Shown here: positions 9,431 to 20,034 of the stretch, piece by piece
How the letters are laid out: the number at the start of each line of letters is the position of its first letter
Position numbering within the stretch: position 1 is the stretch's first letter
NCBI GenBank assembly: GCA_000991245.1
Contig: LBRD01000007.1
Location: 37,539 to 101,538 of the forward strand
Source of the DNA: Parcubacteria group bacterium GW2011_GWC1_36_108
GTDB lineage: Bacteria > Patescibacteriota > Minisyncoccia > Moranbacterales > GWC2-37-73
DNA: 64,000 nucleotides
Reading direction: 5' to 3'
The notes under the pieces: generated by a model
The model's input: only the letters and a program-made list of their open reading frames with translations
Databases searched by the model: none
Told to the model about the DNA's origin: nothing
Program-made: the position numbers and the translations under genes

Positions 9431-9558
9431 AATTTTCAATGATCAATTTCCAATTTTCATATAAATCCTAATGACTCAATGACTAAATTCGCATTTTGTT
9501 TTGAAAATTAAGAAATTGAAAATTAAATGAAAATTGAGAACTGAAAATTGTAAATTAA
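9431..9558. repeat. Inverted heptamer arrays (AATTTTC/AATGACT... / ...GAAAATT)
   Basis: Direct reading; related arrays at 15246-15372, 45067-45181 and 55770-55832. Confidence 0.65.
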
Positions 9559-9582
9559 ATAATTTTACTAAATTATTCTATT

Positions 9583-10695
9583 ATGCGAATAGTATTAACT
9601 GGTGGAGGCACGGGAGGACATTTAACACCGCTTGTCGCAGTGGCTGACAAATTAAAAGCGAAACTTGGCAGTGAGGCCAATATTCTTTATATTGGTTCGG
9701 GAGCTGAAATGGAAAAAAAAATAATGTCTGAAGAAGGAATTCCAACAAAATTTGTTATTAGTGGAAAAATGCGACGATATTTTTCCTTTCAAAATTTTAT
9801 TGATTTTTTCAAAGTGCCAATTGGCTTTGTGCAATCATTATGGATATTGCTTCGTTTTATGCCGGACGTTATTTTTTCTAAGGGCGGTTATGTGGCAGTG
9901 CCAATTGTGCTGGCAGGTTGGATATATCGTATTCCGATTATGATTCACGAGTCTGACAGTGCACCCGGAATCGCAAATCAATTTTTGTCTAAATTTGCCA
10001 ACAGGATTGCAGTGGCATATCCAAGCGCTGAAGAATATTTTCCTAAGGAAAAAACGGCATTGGTTGGAAATCCAATACGATTTCAAGTAACTCAAGGTGA
10101 TGCCAAAATATTGCGACAAGAAATTGGCTTTACTGAGTCGCGAAAAACACTCTTGATATTGGGTGGTTCACAAGGATCACGGATTATTAATGAAGCAATT
10201 GTTAAAATCCTTCCGCAACTTTTGCAGCATTTTCAAATTATTCATCAAACCGGACAAGAGCATTATGACAATGTTTTGCGTGAAGCGGCTTTTGTTGGTG
10301 TTAAAGCTGGGCACAATGGATATTATGCTGCGCCGTTTATGAATGCCAATAAACTTCGAGATGCTTTTGCCTTAAGCGATTTGGTTATTAGCAGAGCTGG
10401 CGCAACATTTATCACAGAAATAGCAGCAAACGGAAAGCCAGCAATTTTAATTCCAATTTCTGAAAGTGCAAATGATCATCAGCGTATGAACGCTTATGCG
10501 CTTGCACAAATTGGAGCAGCGCTAGTGCTTGAAGAAGCAAATCTTGGAGAACATATTTTGCTTGAAAAAATAAATCATATTTTGAATGACAATGAACTTC
10601 AAATGAATATGGTTGAAAAAATTAAAACTTTTTATCATCCAACTGCTGCAGACGTTATTGCTAATGGTATTATTGAAATCGCTGAGGCAAACTAA
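9583..10695 (+). CDS. murG: Lipid II GlcNAc transferase
   Basis: GGGTGGH, GGSQG, SRAGA, HQRMNA motifs. Confidence 0.96.
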   Translation: MRIVLTGGGTGGHLTPLVAVADKLKAKLGSEANILYIGSGAEMEKKIMSEEGIPTKFVISGKMRRYFSFQNFIDFFKVPIGFVQSLWILLRFMPDVIFSKGGYVAVPIVLAGWIYRIPIMIHESDSAPGIANQFLSKFANRIAVAYPSAEEYFPKEKTALVGNPIRFQVTQGDAKILRQEIGFTESRKTLLILGGSQGSRIINEAIVKILPQLLQHFQIIHQTGQEHYDNVLREAAFVGVKAGHNGYYAAPFMNANKLRDAFALSDLVISRAGATFITEIAANGKPAILIPISESANDHQRMNAYALAQIGAALVLEEANLGEHILLEKINHILNDNELQMNMVEKIKTFYHPTAADVIANGIIEIAEAN

Positions 10696-10753
10696 TTAAC
10701 ACGAATACAAAACGGATTTTCACGAATAATTATTGTTGTCTACTTTTATATAT

Positions 10754-12139
10754 ATGAATATTAAAGATATTAAAAAAGCTTATTTTGTGGGTATTAAGGG
10801 TGCGGGTATGACTGCTGTGGCTCAAATTTTGCAAAGCAGGAATATTGAAATTTCCGGCTCTGATACGGGCGAGGTTTTTTATACTGACGCAATACTAAAA
10901 CGTTTGAATATTCCATATTATGAAGAATTCATAGCGCGGCACGTTCCAAATGATGCTACTGTTGTTATTTATTCAACTGCTTATAATGAGGGAAATAATG
11001 TTGAAATGGCTGAGGCTAAAAAGATGGGTGTTTTAATGCTGAGTTATCCTGAAATTTTGGGACTTTTGTTTGCTGAAAAACTTGGTATTGCAGTTTGTGG
11101 AACGCACGGAAAAACAACCACCTCGGCGATGCTTGCCAGTGCTCTTACTGAAGCAGAATTGGAGCCTAGTGCAATTGTTGGGAGCAATGTTATTTCATGG
11201 GAGGGTAGTGCACTTTCTGGAAACGGAGAATATTTTGTGGCTGAAGCTGATGAATATCAAAACAAGCTTCGTTTTTACCAGCCGTGGTCTGTGATTCTCA
11301 CAAGTGTTGATTGGGATCATCCTGATTTTTTTCCGGATTTTGTTGAATATAAGAAAGTGTTTAAAGAATTTGTGAAAAAAATTCCCAAAACAGGTTTTTT
11401 GGTGGTTTGGGGTGATAGCAGTGACACATTGGAAGTTGCCGAGAGCGCAAATTGCAATTTGATTACCTATGGTTTTGGGGAAGACAATGAGTATAGAATT
11501 ACAAATTACAAATTACAAATTATAAATGAAAATACGATGCAGTTTTTTGAAGTTGAATATGATGGAAAAAATTTGGGAGAATTTATTTCGCCACTTTCTG
11601 GTAAGCACAATATTTTAAACGCCGCTTCTGTAATTGCACTTTCTCATAAAATGGGATTGGATTTAAGTAAAATAGGAAAATCACTGAATGAATTCAAAGG
11701 GACCACGAGACGTTTTGAATATATTGGAAAATATAAGCAAGCTTTGCTGATTGATGATTATGCTCATCATCCAGATGAAATCAAAGCAACACTTGCTGGC
11801 GCTAAAGATCGCTTCGAAGGAAAAAAAATCTGGACAGTTTTTCATCCGCACACTTTCTCCAGAACCAAAGCGCTGCTCCAAGATTTTGCTCAAAGTTTTG
11901 ATAACACCGAACGTGTGATTGTTATTGATACATATGGAAGTGCACGCGAATCTGGCGGGGAGGCCACTTCTGAAGACTTGGTAACATTGATTAATAAATA
12001 TAACTATAATAAGGCTGAGTATATTCCAACCATTGATGAAGCTACGCAGTATTTGAAAGAAAAGTCAGGAGAATATGACGTGCTTATTACAATGGGCGCA
12101 GGAGATGTTTGGAGAGTCGGACAAGCGCTTAAGGAATAA
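10754..12139 (+). CDS. murC: UDP-N-acetylmuramate--L-alanine ligase
   Basis: GIKGAGM, GTHGKTTT, EADE, DDYAHHP, MGAGD motifs. Confidence 0.95.
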   Translation: MNIKDIKKAYFVGIKGAGMTAVAQILQSRNIEISGSDTGEVFYTDAILKRLNIPYYEEFIARHVPNDATVVIYSTAYNEGNNVEMAEAKKMGVLMLSYPEILGLLFAEKLGIAVCGTHGKTTTSAMLASALTEAELEPSAIVGSNVISWEGSALSGNGEYFVAEADEYQNKLRFYQPWSVILTSVDWDHPDFFPDFVEYKKVFKEFVKKIPKTGFLVVWGDSSDTLEVAESANCNLITYGFGEDNEYRITNYKLQIINENTMQFFEVEYDGKNLGEFISPLSGKHNILNAASVIALSHKMGLDLSKIGKSLNEFKGTTRRFEYIGKYKQALLIDDYAHHPDEIKATLAGAKDRFEGKKIWTVFHPHTFSRTKALLQDFAQSFDNTERVIVIDTYGSARESGGEATSEDLVTLINKYNYNKAEYIPTIDEATQYLKEKSGEYDVLITMGAGDVWRVGQALKE

Positions 12140-12217
12140 ATTTAAAATTGCTTTTATCTTGGAAAATGTTAAAATTGGGTTAGTAGTGATAATTTTTCTG
12201 AATAATAAATTGAATTT

Positions 12218-12649
12218 ATGCAGCAAAAAATAATAATGTATACAGATGGCGGTTCAAGGGGAAATCCGGGACCAGCGGCAGTTGGTGTGTATATTGAAAC
12301 TTTGAATAAAAAAATTGGACAGTGCATCGGAAACAGGACAAATAATGATGCTGAATATGAAGCTTTGATTTTGGGTTTGCAAAAAGCTAAAATATTTTTA
12401 GGCAAAGAGAAGGCAAAGAAAACTGAAGTGGAATGTTTTTTGGATAGTGAGCTGGTTGTAAAACAATTGAATCATGAATATAAATTAAAAGAACCACGTA
12501 TACAACAATATTTTATTGAAATTTGGAATCTGATGTTGGAATACGGCAAAGTTACCTTTGTGCATATTCCGCGAGAGAAAAATAAAGTTGCAGACGCACT
12601 GGTTAATGAAGCGTTGGATAATCAATGTAAACAAACAAATTTATTGTAA
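12218..12649 (+). CDS. rnhA: Ribonuclease HI
   Basis: DGGSRGNPG, TNNDAEY, DSELV, REKNKVAD motifs. Confidence 0.88.
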   Translation: MQQKIIMYTDGGSRGNPGPAAVGVYIETLNKKIGQCIGNRTNNDAEYEALILGLQKAKIFLGKEKAKKTEVECFLDSELVVKQLNHEYKLKEPRIQQYFIEIWNLMLEYGKVTFVHIPREKNKVADALVNEALDNQCKQTNLL

Positions 12650-12692
12650 ACAAAAGTTACGCGTTTCGAAACATTTCTTTTTTGGCCAATTG

Positions 12693-12712
12693 CCTGCCTG
12701 CCGGTAGGCAGG
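12693..12712. repeat. Short GC-rich palindrome
   Basis: CCTGCCTGCCGGTAGGCAGG in an intergenic region. Confidence 0.6.
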
Positions 12713-12766
12713 TTGGCGACAGCAACTCTTTGAGCTTTTGGATACTCGCCCCGTCAAATTGTATTT

Positions 12767-14071
12767 ATGTCTAAGAAAAAAAAGTGGATTATCTGGGGCG
12801 TTATTCTTGTTGTCGTTATTGGTGGTGTTATTTTTTATTTTAAAAATAAAAAACCAGTAATAACATATACGACCGCGGATGCAACAAAAGGAACTCTTGC
12901 GCAAACTGTTTCAGTGACAGGGGATTTGGTGGCAAAAGATGAAATTACTCTTAACTTTGAAATTGGCGGGCGAGTGAGTAAAGTTTTTGTCAAAGAAAGT
13001 AATCAAGTTGCAGCAGGCGACAAGATTGCAACACTGACTGACTCAACACTTCAAAAACAAGTTGATCAGGCAAAGGCTGGTCTTGATCAGGCGATTGCAA
13101 CATCTGGTTCAAATAGTGACACTTTGCGCGAAGCAAAAGTAGGTCTTGATAATGCAGAGGATTCATTGGATCAAACAAAAAAATTAAACGATGAAACGGT
13201 TGCTTCTGCAGAGCAGACAGTTGAAAATGCGCAAAAAGCTTATGACGATACCCTGGATTTTTATAATAGCAATATTTCAAAACAAAATAAAATTACACTT
13301 ACAAATGCTGAAAATGCACTTGCAAGTGCCAAGCAAGCGCTTAAAACTGCCAAAGAACAAACAGACCTTTCTGAAATTTCAGCAGACAATGCTGTTTCTA
13401 GCGCTAAGGCCAGAGTTAAAACAGTTGAATCAGATTTCGCCAGAAATGCTCGCAATGCTCAGGTTGCAAGTGCGCGAGCAGTATATGATATGGCTTTGCT
13501 TAATTTGAACAAGGCTGTGCTCATCTCTCCTGTAAATGGCATCATTACGGAAGTTAACAATAAACCAGGGGAAATTCTTGGCACAGGTGTTATCAAGGAA
13601 GCATTTTCACGTGTGATGTCGCTCGATATGATTATTCAATCGCAGGTTCCTGAATCAGACATTGTGAAAGTGAAACTCGGACAACACGCTAGCGTCACAT
13701 TTGACGCGCTCACACCCGAAGATATTTTCGATGCTGATATTATTGAAATAAACCCAGCCTCCACAAATGTGCAAGGTGTTGTGTATTATGATATTAAACT
13801 CAAACTTAACACTCTTGATGCCAGAGTAAAACCGGGGATGAGTTTAAATGTTGATATTAAAACTGCTGAAAAAAGTGAAGTAGTTATGATCCCAAGTCGC
13901 GCAATTAAAATTGAAGAAAATAAAAAGTATACAGAAGTTTTGAAAGCTGACAATGTTACGATAGAAAAAGTTTACGTTGAAACTGGTTTGGAAGGGGATG
14001 ATGGAATGGTGGAAGTTAAAAAGGGTTTGAATGGCGGAGAGAAAGTCGTGACGTTTCAAGTGACGAAGTAG
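12767..14071 (+). CDS. Efflux periplasmic adaptor (MacA/HlyD-like membrane fusion protein)
   Basis: N-terminal TM, lipoyl halves, coiled coil, SPVNG and KPGM motifs. Confidence 0.85.
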   Translation: MSKKKKWIIWGVILVVVIGGVIFYFKNKKPVITYTTADATKGTLAQTVSVTGDLVAKDEITLNFEIGGRVSKVFVKESNQVAAGDKIATLTDSTLQKQVDQAKAGLDQAIATSGSNSDTLREAKVGLDNAEDSLDQTKKLNDETVASAEQTVENAQKAYDDTLDFYNSNISKQNKITLTNAENALASAKQALKTAKEQTDLSEISADNAVSSAKARVKTVESDFARNARNAQVASARAVYDMALLNLNKAVLISPVNGIITEVNNKPGEILGTGVIKEAFSRVMSLDMIIQSQVPESDIVKVKLGQHASVTFDALTPEDIFDADIIEINPASTNVQGVVYYDIKLKLNTLDARVKPGMSLNVDIKTAEKSEVVMIPSRAIKIEENKKYTEVLKADNVTIEKVYVETGLEGDDGMVEVKKGLNGGEKVVTFQVTK

Positions 14072-14167
14072 GTATTAGGTTCTAGGTGTTAGGTGTTAGG
14101 AGATACGAATAAAAAAGCCCACAACGTTGATAGCTGCAGACTTTAGTTAGGAGTAAAAGTTGATTGA

Positions 14168-14365
14168 TCATTCATCAGTTTCTTTTTGTTTCTCTAAATG
14201 CATGCCGACACTTGAGCCAATATAGAGACCCATGGCTAGTAAGGCGGCCATGTCTACGAGTGCCGCTGCTGACAGATCTGGTTTATGGCCGAGACTTTTG
14301 TTGATAAACTGAATAATAGTATAGAGACCAGATGAAATAGCTATTCTGATTATTATTTCACTCAT
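14168..14365 (-). CDS. Small orphan membrane protein with its own promoter and SD
   Basis: SD GGGAGG; TTGACT...TATAAT promoter at about 14458-14430; two hydrophobic segments. Confidence 0.55.
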   Translation of the reverse strand: MSEIIIRIAISSGLYTIIQFINKSLGHKPDLSAAALVDMAALLAMGLYIGSSVGMHLEKQKETDE

Positions 14366-14521
14366 TTTTCCTCCCTTGGCTTCCTTGAGCCATTTGTGAT
14401 ATTTGATTGCTAACGAACCACGATAGTCTATTATACTCTAAAATAATAAAAAAGTCAAGCACGCGCTAAGGCGCGAGTAAAAAGGTTCTAAAGTTTGTAA
14501 AGTTCATAAAGTAAATAAGAT

Positions 14522-15247
14522 ATGAAATTAATAGAAGTTGAAAATTTGGTTAAGACTTATGATAGTGAGGGCGTGCAGACTCAGGCGATGAGGGGTCTTA
14601 ATTTTACGATTGAAAAAGGCGAGTTTGTTTCGATTATGGGACCGAGTGGCAGCGGCAAATCAACGTTGATGCAAATTTTAGGAATGCTTGATCGTCCCAC
14701 GACGGGAGCTTATTTGTTTGAAGGAAAAAATATCAACTCCTATTCTGACGATGAATTGTCAAAACTTCGCAATAAAAAAATTGGTTTTGTTTTTCAATCA
14801 TTCAATTTACTTCCGCGTACTACGGTATATGAAAATACGGAGCTGCCACTTCTTTATGACGAAGATCATTTGGAAGTACATAATAAAGAAAAAATAAACA
14901 AAGCCTTGGCCGCTGTGGGAATGAGCCATCGCATCCAATATCTTTCAAATCAGCTTTCTGGCGGAGAAAAACAACGCGTGGCCATTGCGCGTGCTCTTGT
15001 GAATGACCCAGAAGTTATTTTTGCTGACGAGCCAACTGGAAACCTTGATTCAAAATCAGGACTTGCTGTGATGCGAATTTTGCAAAAACTTAACGACGAT
15101 GGGCACACTGTTATCTTGGTAACTCACGAAACATATACTGCTCAACACGCCAAGCGAATTTTGAATATGAAAGACGGGCAAATTATTTCCGATGAACTTG
15201 TAAAAAATCGCTTAGTGGCAGATGGGGAAGGAGAACTCTTAAAGTAA
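14522..15247 (+). CDS. ABC transporter ATP-binding protein (MacB/LolD type)
   Basis: [23 protein letters not shown] motifs. Confidence 0.93.
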   Translation: MKLIEVENLVKTYDSEGVQTQAMRGLNFTIEKGEFVSIMGPSGSGKSTLMQILGMLDRPTTGAYLFEGKNINSYSDDELSKLRNKKIGFVFQSFNLLPRTTVYENTELPLLYDEDHLEVHNKEKINKALAAVGMSHRIQYLSNQLSGGEKQRVAIARALVNDPEVIFADEPTGNLDSKSGLAVMRILQKLNDDGHTVILVTHETYTAQHAKRILNMKDGQIISDELVKNRLVADGEGELLK

Positions 15248-15403
15248 TTTCCAATAACCAATTTCCAATTTCCAATAAATTCGCCATCCGGCGAAATTGC
15301 AATACAGCGAAGTGGTTTTTATTTTGGTTTGAAAATTTAAAGAATTGAAAATTGTGAATTGAAAATTATAAATTCAATAAAATGCGCAAAACTCTAAGAT
15401 TTT

Positions 15404-16645
15404 ATGAAACTTACTTCTCCAATTAAAATTTCCTATAAAAACCTAATGGCGGCCAAGTTCCGCTCATTTTTGACGATTCTGGGAATTATTATTGGAATTG
15501 CGAGTGTGATTATTGTGATGGCAATTGGGGCAAGTGCTCAGCAACTTATTATTGCGCAAGTTTCAGGTGTTGGTTCGAATCTTGTTGGCGTTTTGCCGGG
15601 AGCTTCTGATGAAAAAGGTCCTCCCGCATCTGTGCTTGGAATTGTGACAACAACATTAAAGCAATCAGATCTTGATGCGGTTTTGCTCAAAAAAAATGTT
15701 CCAAATGCTGTGGCAGCCTCTGGATATGTAAGTGGAATAGGAACTGCAAAATACAAAAACAATTCTCGGCAGAACAATTTTCAAGGTGTTTCTGCGGATT
15801 TTATTGATGTTGAAAAAAATGATTTAAGTTCGGGAAGATTTTTTACAGACGAGGAAGATTCAGGTTTGGCGCGCGTGGCAGTTTTGGGATCAAACACTGC
15901 AAAGGAACTTTTTGAAAACGAAGATCCAATTGGGAAAATGTTTTCGCTCAAAGATGTGAATTTCACGGTGGTTGGTGTTTTGGCACTGAAGGGAGGATCA
16001 GCAGTTTCTAATCCTGATGAGCTTGTGTATATGCCACTTTCTACTGCTCAAAAAATTCTGCTCGGAATCGATTATCTCAATTTTATGCGTGTAAAAATTG
16101 ATAATCCTGAAAACATAACTCGCGCTGTTGCGGATATAAAATATACCATCAGAACTCAGCATAGAATTAAAAATCCAAATGACGATGATTTTTCAGTTCG
16201 TGACACTGCGCAAGCTCTTAATATGATTACTAATATTACCAATGTGCTTAAATATTTCCTAGCTGGAATTGCGGCGATTTCACTACTGGTTGGCGGTGTT
16301 GGTATTATGAATATTATGCTTATTTCTGTTACGCAGCGTATTCGCGAAGTCGGTCTGCGAAAAGCTGTTGGCGCGCGCAATCGTCACATTATTACGCAGT
16401 TTTTGATTGAAGCTGTTTTTATTACTTTGGTTGGCGGTATAATCGGAATTATTTTTGGGATCTTGATTTCACTTCTGGCTGCAGTTGTTATTAATGCTTT
16501 GGGATATGAATGGGAATTTTTGATTTCATTTAGTTCGATTGTGGTTGCAACAATGGTATCGGCAGCTATTGGTCTTTTGTTTGGTTTATATCCTGCTCGC
16601 AAGGCCGCGAGAATAAGCCCAATGGAGGCGTTGAGATATGAATAA
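15404..16645 (+). CDS. MacB-like ABC permease
   Basis: RSFLTILGIIIG, GGVGIMNIM, REVGLRKAVGA motifs. Confidence 0.92.
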   Translation: MKLTSPIKISYKNLMAAKFRSFLTILGIIIGIASVIIVMAIGASAQQLIIAQVSGVGSNLVGVLPGASDEKGPPASVLGIVTTTLKQSDLDAVLLKKNVPNAVAASGYVSGIGTAKYKNNSRQNNFQGVSADFIDVEKNDLSSGRFFTDEEDSGLARVAVLGSNTAKELFENEDPIGKMFSLKDVNFTVVGVLALKGGSAVSNPDELVYMPLSTAQKILLGIDYLNFMRVKIDNPENITRAVADIKYTIRTQHRIKNPNDDDFSVRDTAQALNMITNITNVLKYFLAGIAAISLLVGGVGIMNIMLISVTQRIREVGLRKAVGARNRHIITQFLIEAVFITLVGGIIGIIFGILISLLAAVVINALGYEWEFLISFSSIVVATMVSAAIGLLFGLYPARKAARISPMEALRYE

Positions 16646-16688
16646 TGGTTCATAAAGTTTGTAAAGTTCATAAGGTTTGTAAAGTAAA

Positions 16689-17942
16689 ATGAGAAGATTA
16701 TTTTTATCAATAAGATTAGCTTTTGGAAATCTGCGTAATAATAAAGGCAGGACTGTTTTGACATTGGTTGGAATTGTAATTGGGATTATGTCGGTTATTG
16801 TGGTTTCTTCTAGTGGACAAGGACTTAAAAATTATGTGCTTGGACAATTTGATAGTTTTGGAACTGATGTGATTCAAATTGAAACAAAGGTTCCCGCAAC
16901 AGGAAAAACTTCAGCTGCAAATGCAGAAGGTCAAGCAACAGGAATTCAAATAACAACTCTGAAAGTTTCAGATGGAGAAGCGCTGGCTAAAATTCCAAAT
17001 GTGGCAAGTTTTGCAGCAGGAACAATGGGTCAAGAGCTGACAAGTTATAAAAATGAAAATAAAAGAGCGATGCTTTTTGGGGTTGGTGCTAATTATCCCC
17101 AGGTGGACAGTGCTGTGAAGGTTCAGGAAGGAATTTTTTATGATCAGGCTGCTGATGATAGTTTGGGACAAGTTGCGGTTATCGGACCTGATATTAAAGA
17201 AACTCTTTTTGGCACTGAAGATGCCATTGGAAAGTCAATCAAAATTAAAAATATGGATTTCCGTGTGATTGGAGTTTTGGAAGAAAGAGGTGCAGTTACA
17301 TTTTTTAATTATGATGAACTCATTTATATTCCCGTGCAAACATTGCAAAAGAAAATTTTAGGAATTGATTATGTGCGTTTTATTACTGTTAAAGTTAAAG
17401 ATCAAAATCTTATTGAGGTAACCGTGGCTGATATTGATGATACATTAAAAAGAATTCATCGTACTTATAAACCAGAGCAAGAAGATTATTCAATTACAAC
17501 TATTCAGGAGGCGCAAAAAATAATTGAGGATGTTTTTGGCACGATTAATATTTTGTTGTTGGCGCTCACTTCCATCTCTTTGATTGTGGGTGGGGTGGGA
17601 ATTATGAATGTTATGTATGTGGCGGTGTCTGAGAGAACATTTGAAATAGGTTTGCGAAAAGCTGTTGGCGCAAAAGAGAACGACATTCGCAATCAGTTTT
17701 TGTTTGAAGCGGTTTTTCTGACCATTGTTGGCGGTGTGGTGGGTATTATATTGGGGTATTTGATTTCTCTTGGATTTTCTTATGTTATAAGTTTGTTGGG
17801 TTATACGCTTAACTTTTCTCTTACCTTAAATTCTATTTTAATAGCGGTTGGCTTTTCCGCTACTACCGGAATAATTTTTGGTTATTATCCTGCTTACAAA
17901 GCTTCAAAATTAAGTCCGATGGAAGCGCTAAGAAAAGAATAG
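16689..17942 (+). CDS. MacB-like ABC permease (paralog)
   Basis: GGVGIMNVM, ERTFEIGLRKAVGA motifs. Confidence 0.92.
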   Translation: MRRLFLSIRLAFGNLRNNKGRTVLTLVGIVIGIMSVIVVSSSGQGLKNYVLGQFDSFGTDVIQIETKVPATGKTSAANAEGQATGIQITTLKVSDGEALAKIPNVASFAAGTMGQELTSYKNENKRAMLFGVGANYPQVDSAVKVQEGIFYDQAADDSLGQVAVIGPDIKETLFGTEDAIGKSIKIKNMDFRVIGVLEERGAVTFFNYDELIYIPVQTLQKKILGIDYVRFITVKVKDQNLIEVTVADIDDTLKRIHRTYKPEQEDYSITTIQEAQKIIEDVFGTINILLLALTSISLIVGGVGIMNVMYVAVSERTFEIGLRKAVGAKENDIRNQFLFEAVFLTIVGGVVGIILGYLISLGFSYVISLLGYTLNFSLTLNSILIAVGFSATTGIIFGYYPAYKASKLSPMEALRKE

Positions 17943-18039
17943 GTAATTAGGTGCTAGATATTAGGTATTAGGTGTTAGGAAATGCCAGATATGTAGCTTA
18001 AAATTTGTTAAGACCTAATACTTATAACCTAGAACCTAG
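17940..18039. repeat. Inverted heptamer arrays TAGGTAT... / ...ACCTA
   Basis: Direct reading; same unit at 14069-14100. Confidence 0.7.
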
Positions 18040-18137
18040 CCAAATACTACACAATATTTTATGCAACCTTGCAAGTTGTAGGTTTTATGCGGTTGTGGTA
18101 ACATATAGGGACAAATTAACCAGTAAAAAAGAGGTTC

Positions 18138-18278
18138 ACCCTGTTAAATAATTTTAAATTTCTTAAAAAATTTAAAATTAAGATTTGGCAAGGTGGATTG
18201 ATGTATAAAGAATAATAACCTAATCTAGGGTAAGTTGGTTCTAAATAACTTGTAGGGCCAAATCTTATTTAACAGGGT
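18138..18278. repeat. ACCCTGTTAAAT-family palindromic element
   Basis: 14-bp TIR ACCCTGTTAAATAA / TTATTTAACAGGGT. Confidence 0.8.
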
Positions 18279-18280
18279 AA

Positions 18281-18715
18281 ATGCATCAAGACAAAAAAAG
18301 AGAAGAGCTTGAACAAAAAAAGGAATTCGAACGACTTCAACAAGAAGAATTGTTTGAACTTGAACAAGAAGAAGATTTGTCTGAAGTAGAAACAGAAGAA
18401 GATCAGCAAAATAAAAATCTAGAACAAACACAAGAAAGCCAACCAATCGAAAATGAAATGGAACGTGCAAAAAAAAGAAGAAGGGAAGTTATCTTTGAAA
18501 TGGCATTGTTCTTTATTCTAGGTGTTCTTTTGGGAGTGACAATTAAAACGGAGGCAGTGAAAAAAATCACAATAGGATTTAATGATTATCAAATAACCAA
18601 ATCATCGCAGAAATATGACATTGCTGAATTGAAGAAAGCTCTTGATGAACAAGCAGCAGAGCAAGCCGCACAAGAACAAATACAAATGGAAAACCAGAAT
18701 CAACCACAACAGTAA
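18281..18715 (+). CDS. Hypothetical single-TM acidic protein
   Basis: ORF with E/Q-rich ends and one TM helix. Confidence 0.65.
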   Translation: MHQDKKREELEQKKEFERLQQEELFELEQEEDLSEVETEEDQQNKNLEQTQESQPIENEMERAKKRRREVIFEMALFFILGVLLGVTIKTEAVKKITIGFNDYQITKSSQKYDIAELKKALDEQAAEQAAQEQIQMENQNQPQQ

Positions 18716-18752
18716 ACATACAACATTTAACATTTAACACTCGAAAAATCCT

Positions 18753-19928
18753 ATGGATGAAGAAAAAAATGAAATTTACCCAGTGCAATCCAGCAAAGCT
18801 GGAATTTCGCAAAACGAAATTATTGCACCGGGTGAAGATGCTTCTATAGAGGAAGTTGTTGAGGAACAAGAAATCGATTCATCTGTTGAAGAAGTTGAAG
18901 AAACAGAAGAAGAAAAAAAGGATAAAAAAATCAAAAACTTAATTTCAGCAGTGATCCTGCTCGCTGGTTTGTTTGTTGGAAGTTTGTTTGTTGATGCAAT
19001 CCAAATGATTAGAGGCGGTGGTTTTTCTCAGCGCGTGCTGAATGAGGCTGATGTCTTTGCGTTAGGTGGAAAAACTTGGGTTGCTTACAATGAACCGTTG
19101 GTAAAAGTCCAAGTGATTTCTGATGATACTTGCGAAGCTTGTGCTCCAGATGAGGTGTTGGTCGGTCTCAAACAAGCACTGCCAACAATGCAAAATGAAA
19201 AAATAGATGCAAATTCTGCTGTTGGCCAAAAGCTTATTGCTGATTTCAAGATTAAAACAATTCCGGCATTTATTTTCTCAAAGGAAATAGAAAAAACAGA
19301 ATTGTTTGCAAAAGCTGAGCCATTTTTGGATAAACAAGGAGGTTCCTATGCAATTAAAAGCGCAGAAGCTGGATTTCCAGTAGGGAAATATGTTTCAGCT
19401 CCACAAATTTCAGATAAAGATATTTCAATTGGTTCTACTGAATCAACGGTAAAAGTTATTGCGTTTAGTAACTTTCAAAGTCCTAGTGATAAGAAAGCAT
19501 ATGCTGATATTATCACTCCAATGTTGAAAGAGTATGGTGATCGCATTCAGGTTGTTTTCAAGAGTTATGTTCCACCAACAGCAACGCAAGGAATTAGTGC
19601 AGCTTTGGCTGCAGCTTGTGCAAATGAACAAGGAAAATTTGTTGATTATGCTGGTAAACTTTTTGCTTCTCAAGATGTCTGGGGAAAAGCCAAAGACGCT
19701 GCTCCAATTTTGAAAGGATATGCAGCAACTCTCGGGCTTAATGCTCAAGATTTTAACAAATGTCTTGATGATAAAAAATATCAAGATCAAATCACTGCAA
19801 CTGTTGCAGAGGGTCAAAGTTTTGGATTGCAAACAACACCTTCAATTTTTGTTGGAACAGATTTGCAACTTCCAACCGCAAAATATGACGATATGAAAAA
19901 GGTTATTGAACAGCAGCTAGCAAAATAA
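18753..19928 (+). CDS. Membrane-anchored DsbA/thioredoxin-fold protein
   Basis: CEAC motif in the first domain; DsbA-like second domain (AAACANEQGKF, TP). Confidence 0.75.
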   Translation: MDEEKNEIYPVQSSKAGISQNEIIAPGEDASIEEVVEEQEIDSSVEEVEETEEEKKDKKIKNLISAVILLAGLFVGSLFVDAIQMIRGGGFSQRVLNEADVFALGGKTWVAYNEPLVKVQVISDDTCEACAPDEVLVGLKQALPTMQNEKIDANSAVGQKLIADFKIKTIPAFIFSKEIEKTELFAKAEPFLDKQGGSYAIKSAEAGFPVGKYVSAPQISDKDISIGSTESTVKVIAFSNFQSPSDKKAYADIITPMLKEYGDRIQVVFKSYVPPTATQGISAALAAACANEQGKFVDYAGKLFASQDVWGKAKDAAPILKGYAATLGLNAQDFNKCLDDKKYQDQITATVAEGQSFGLQTTPSIFVGTDLQLPTAKYDDMKKVIEQQLAK

Positions 19929-20034
19929 CAAACAACTTACAACAAACAACTTACAATGGAAGGTGATTAGCTGTCACCCTCCATTTGCATTTCCTGGTTG
20001 TTTGTTGTCGGTAATTAGTTGTTGGTTGATATTA

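Noticed and set aside
12641-12904. Short ORFs spanning repeats (also 29830-30024, 51297-51566, 52283-52465, 55360-55566)
   Set aside because: Their translations are largely palindrome-derived or antisense, with no coding support
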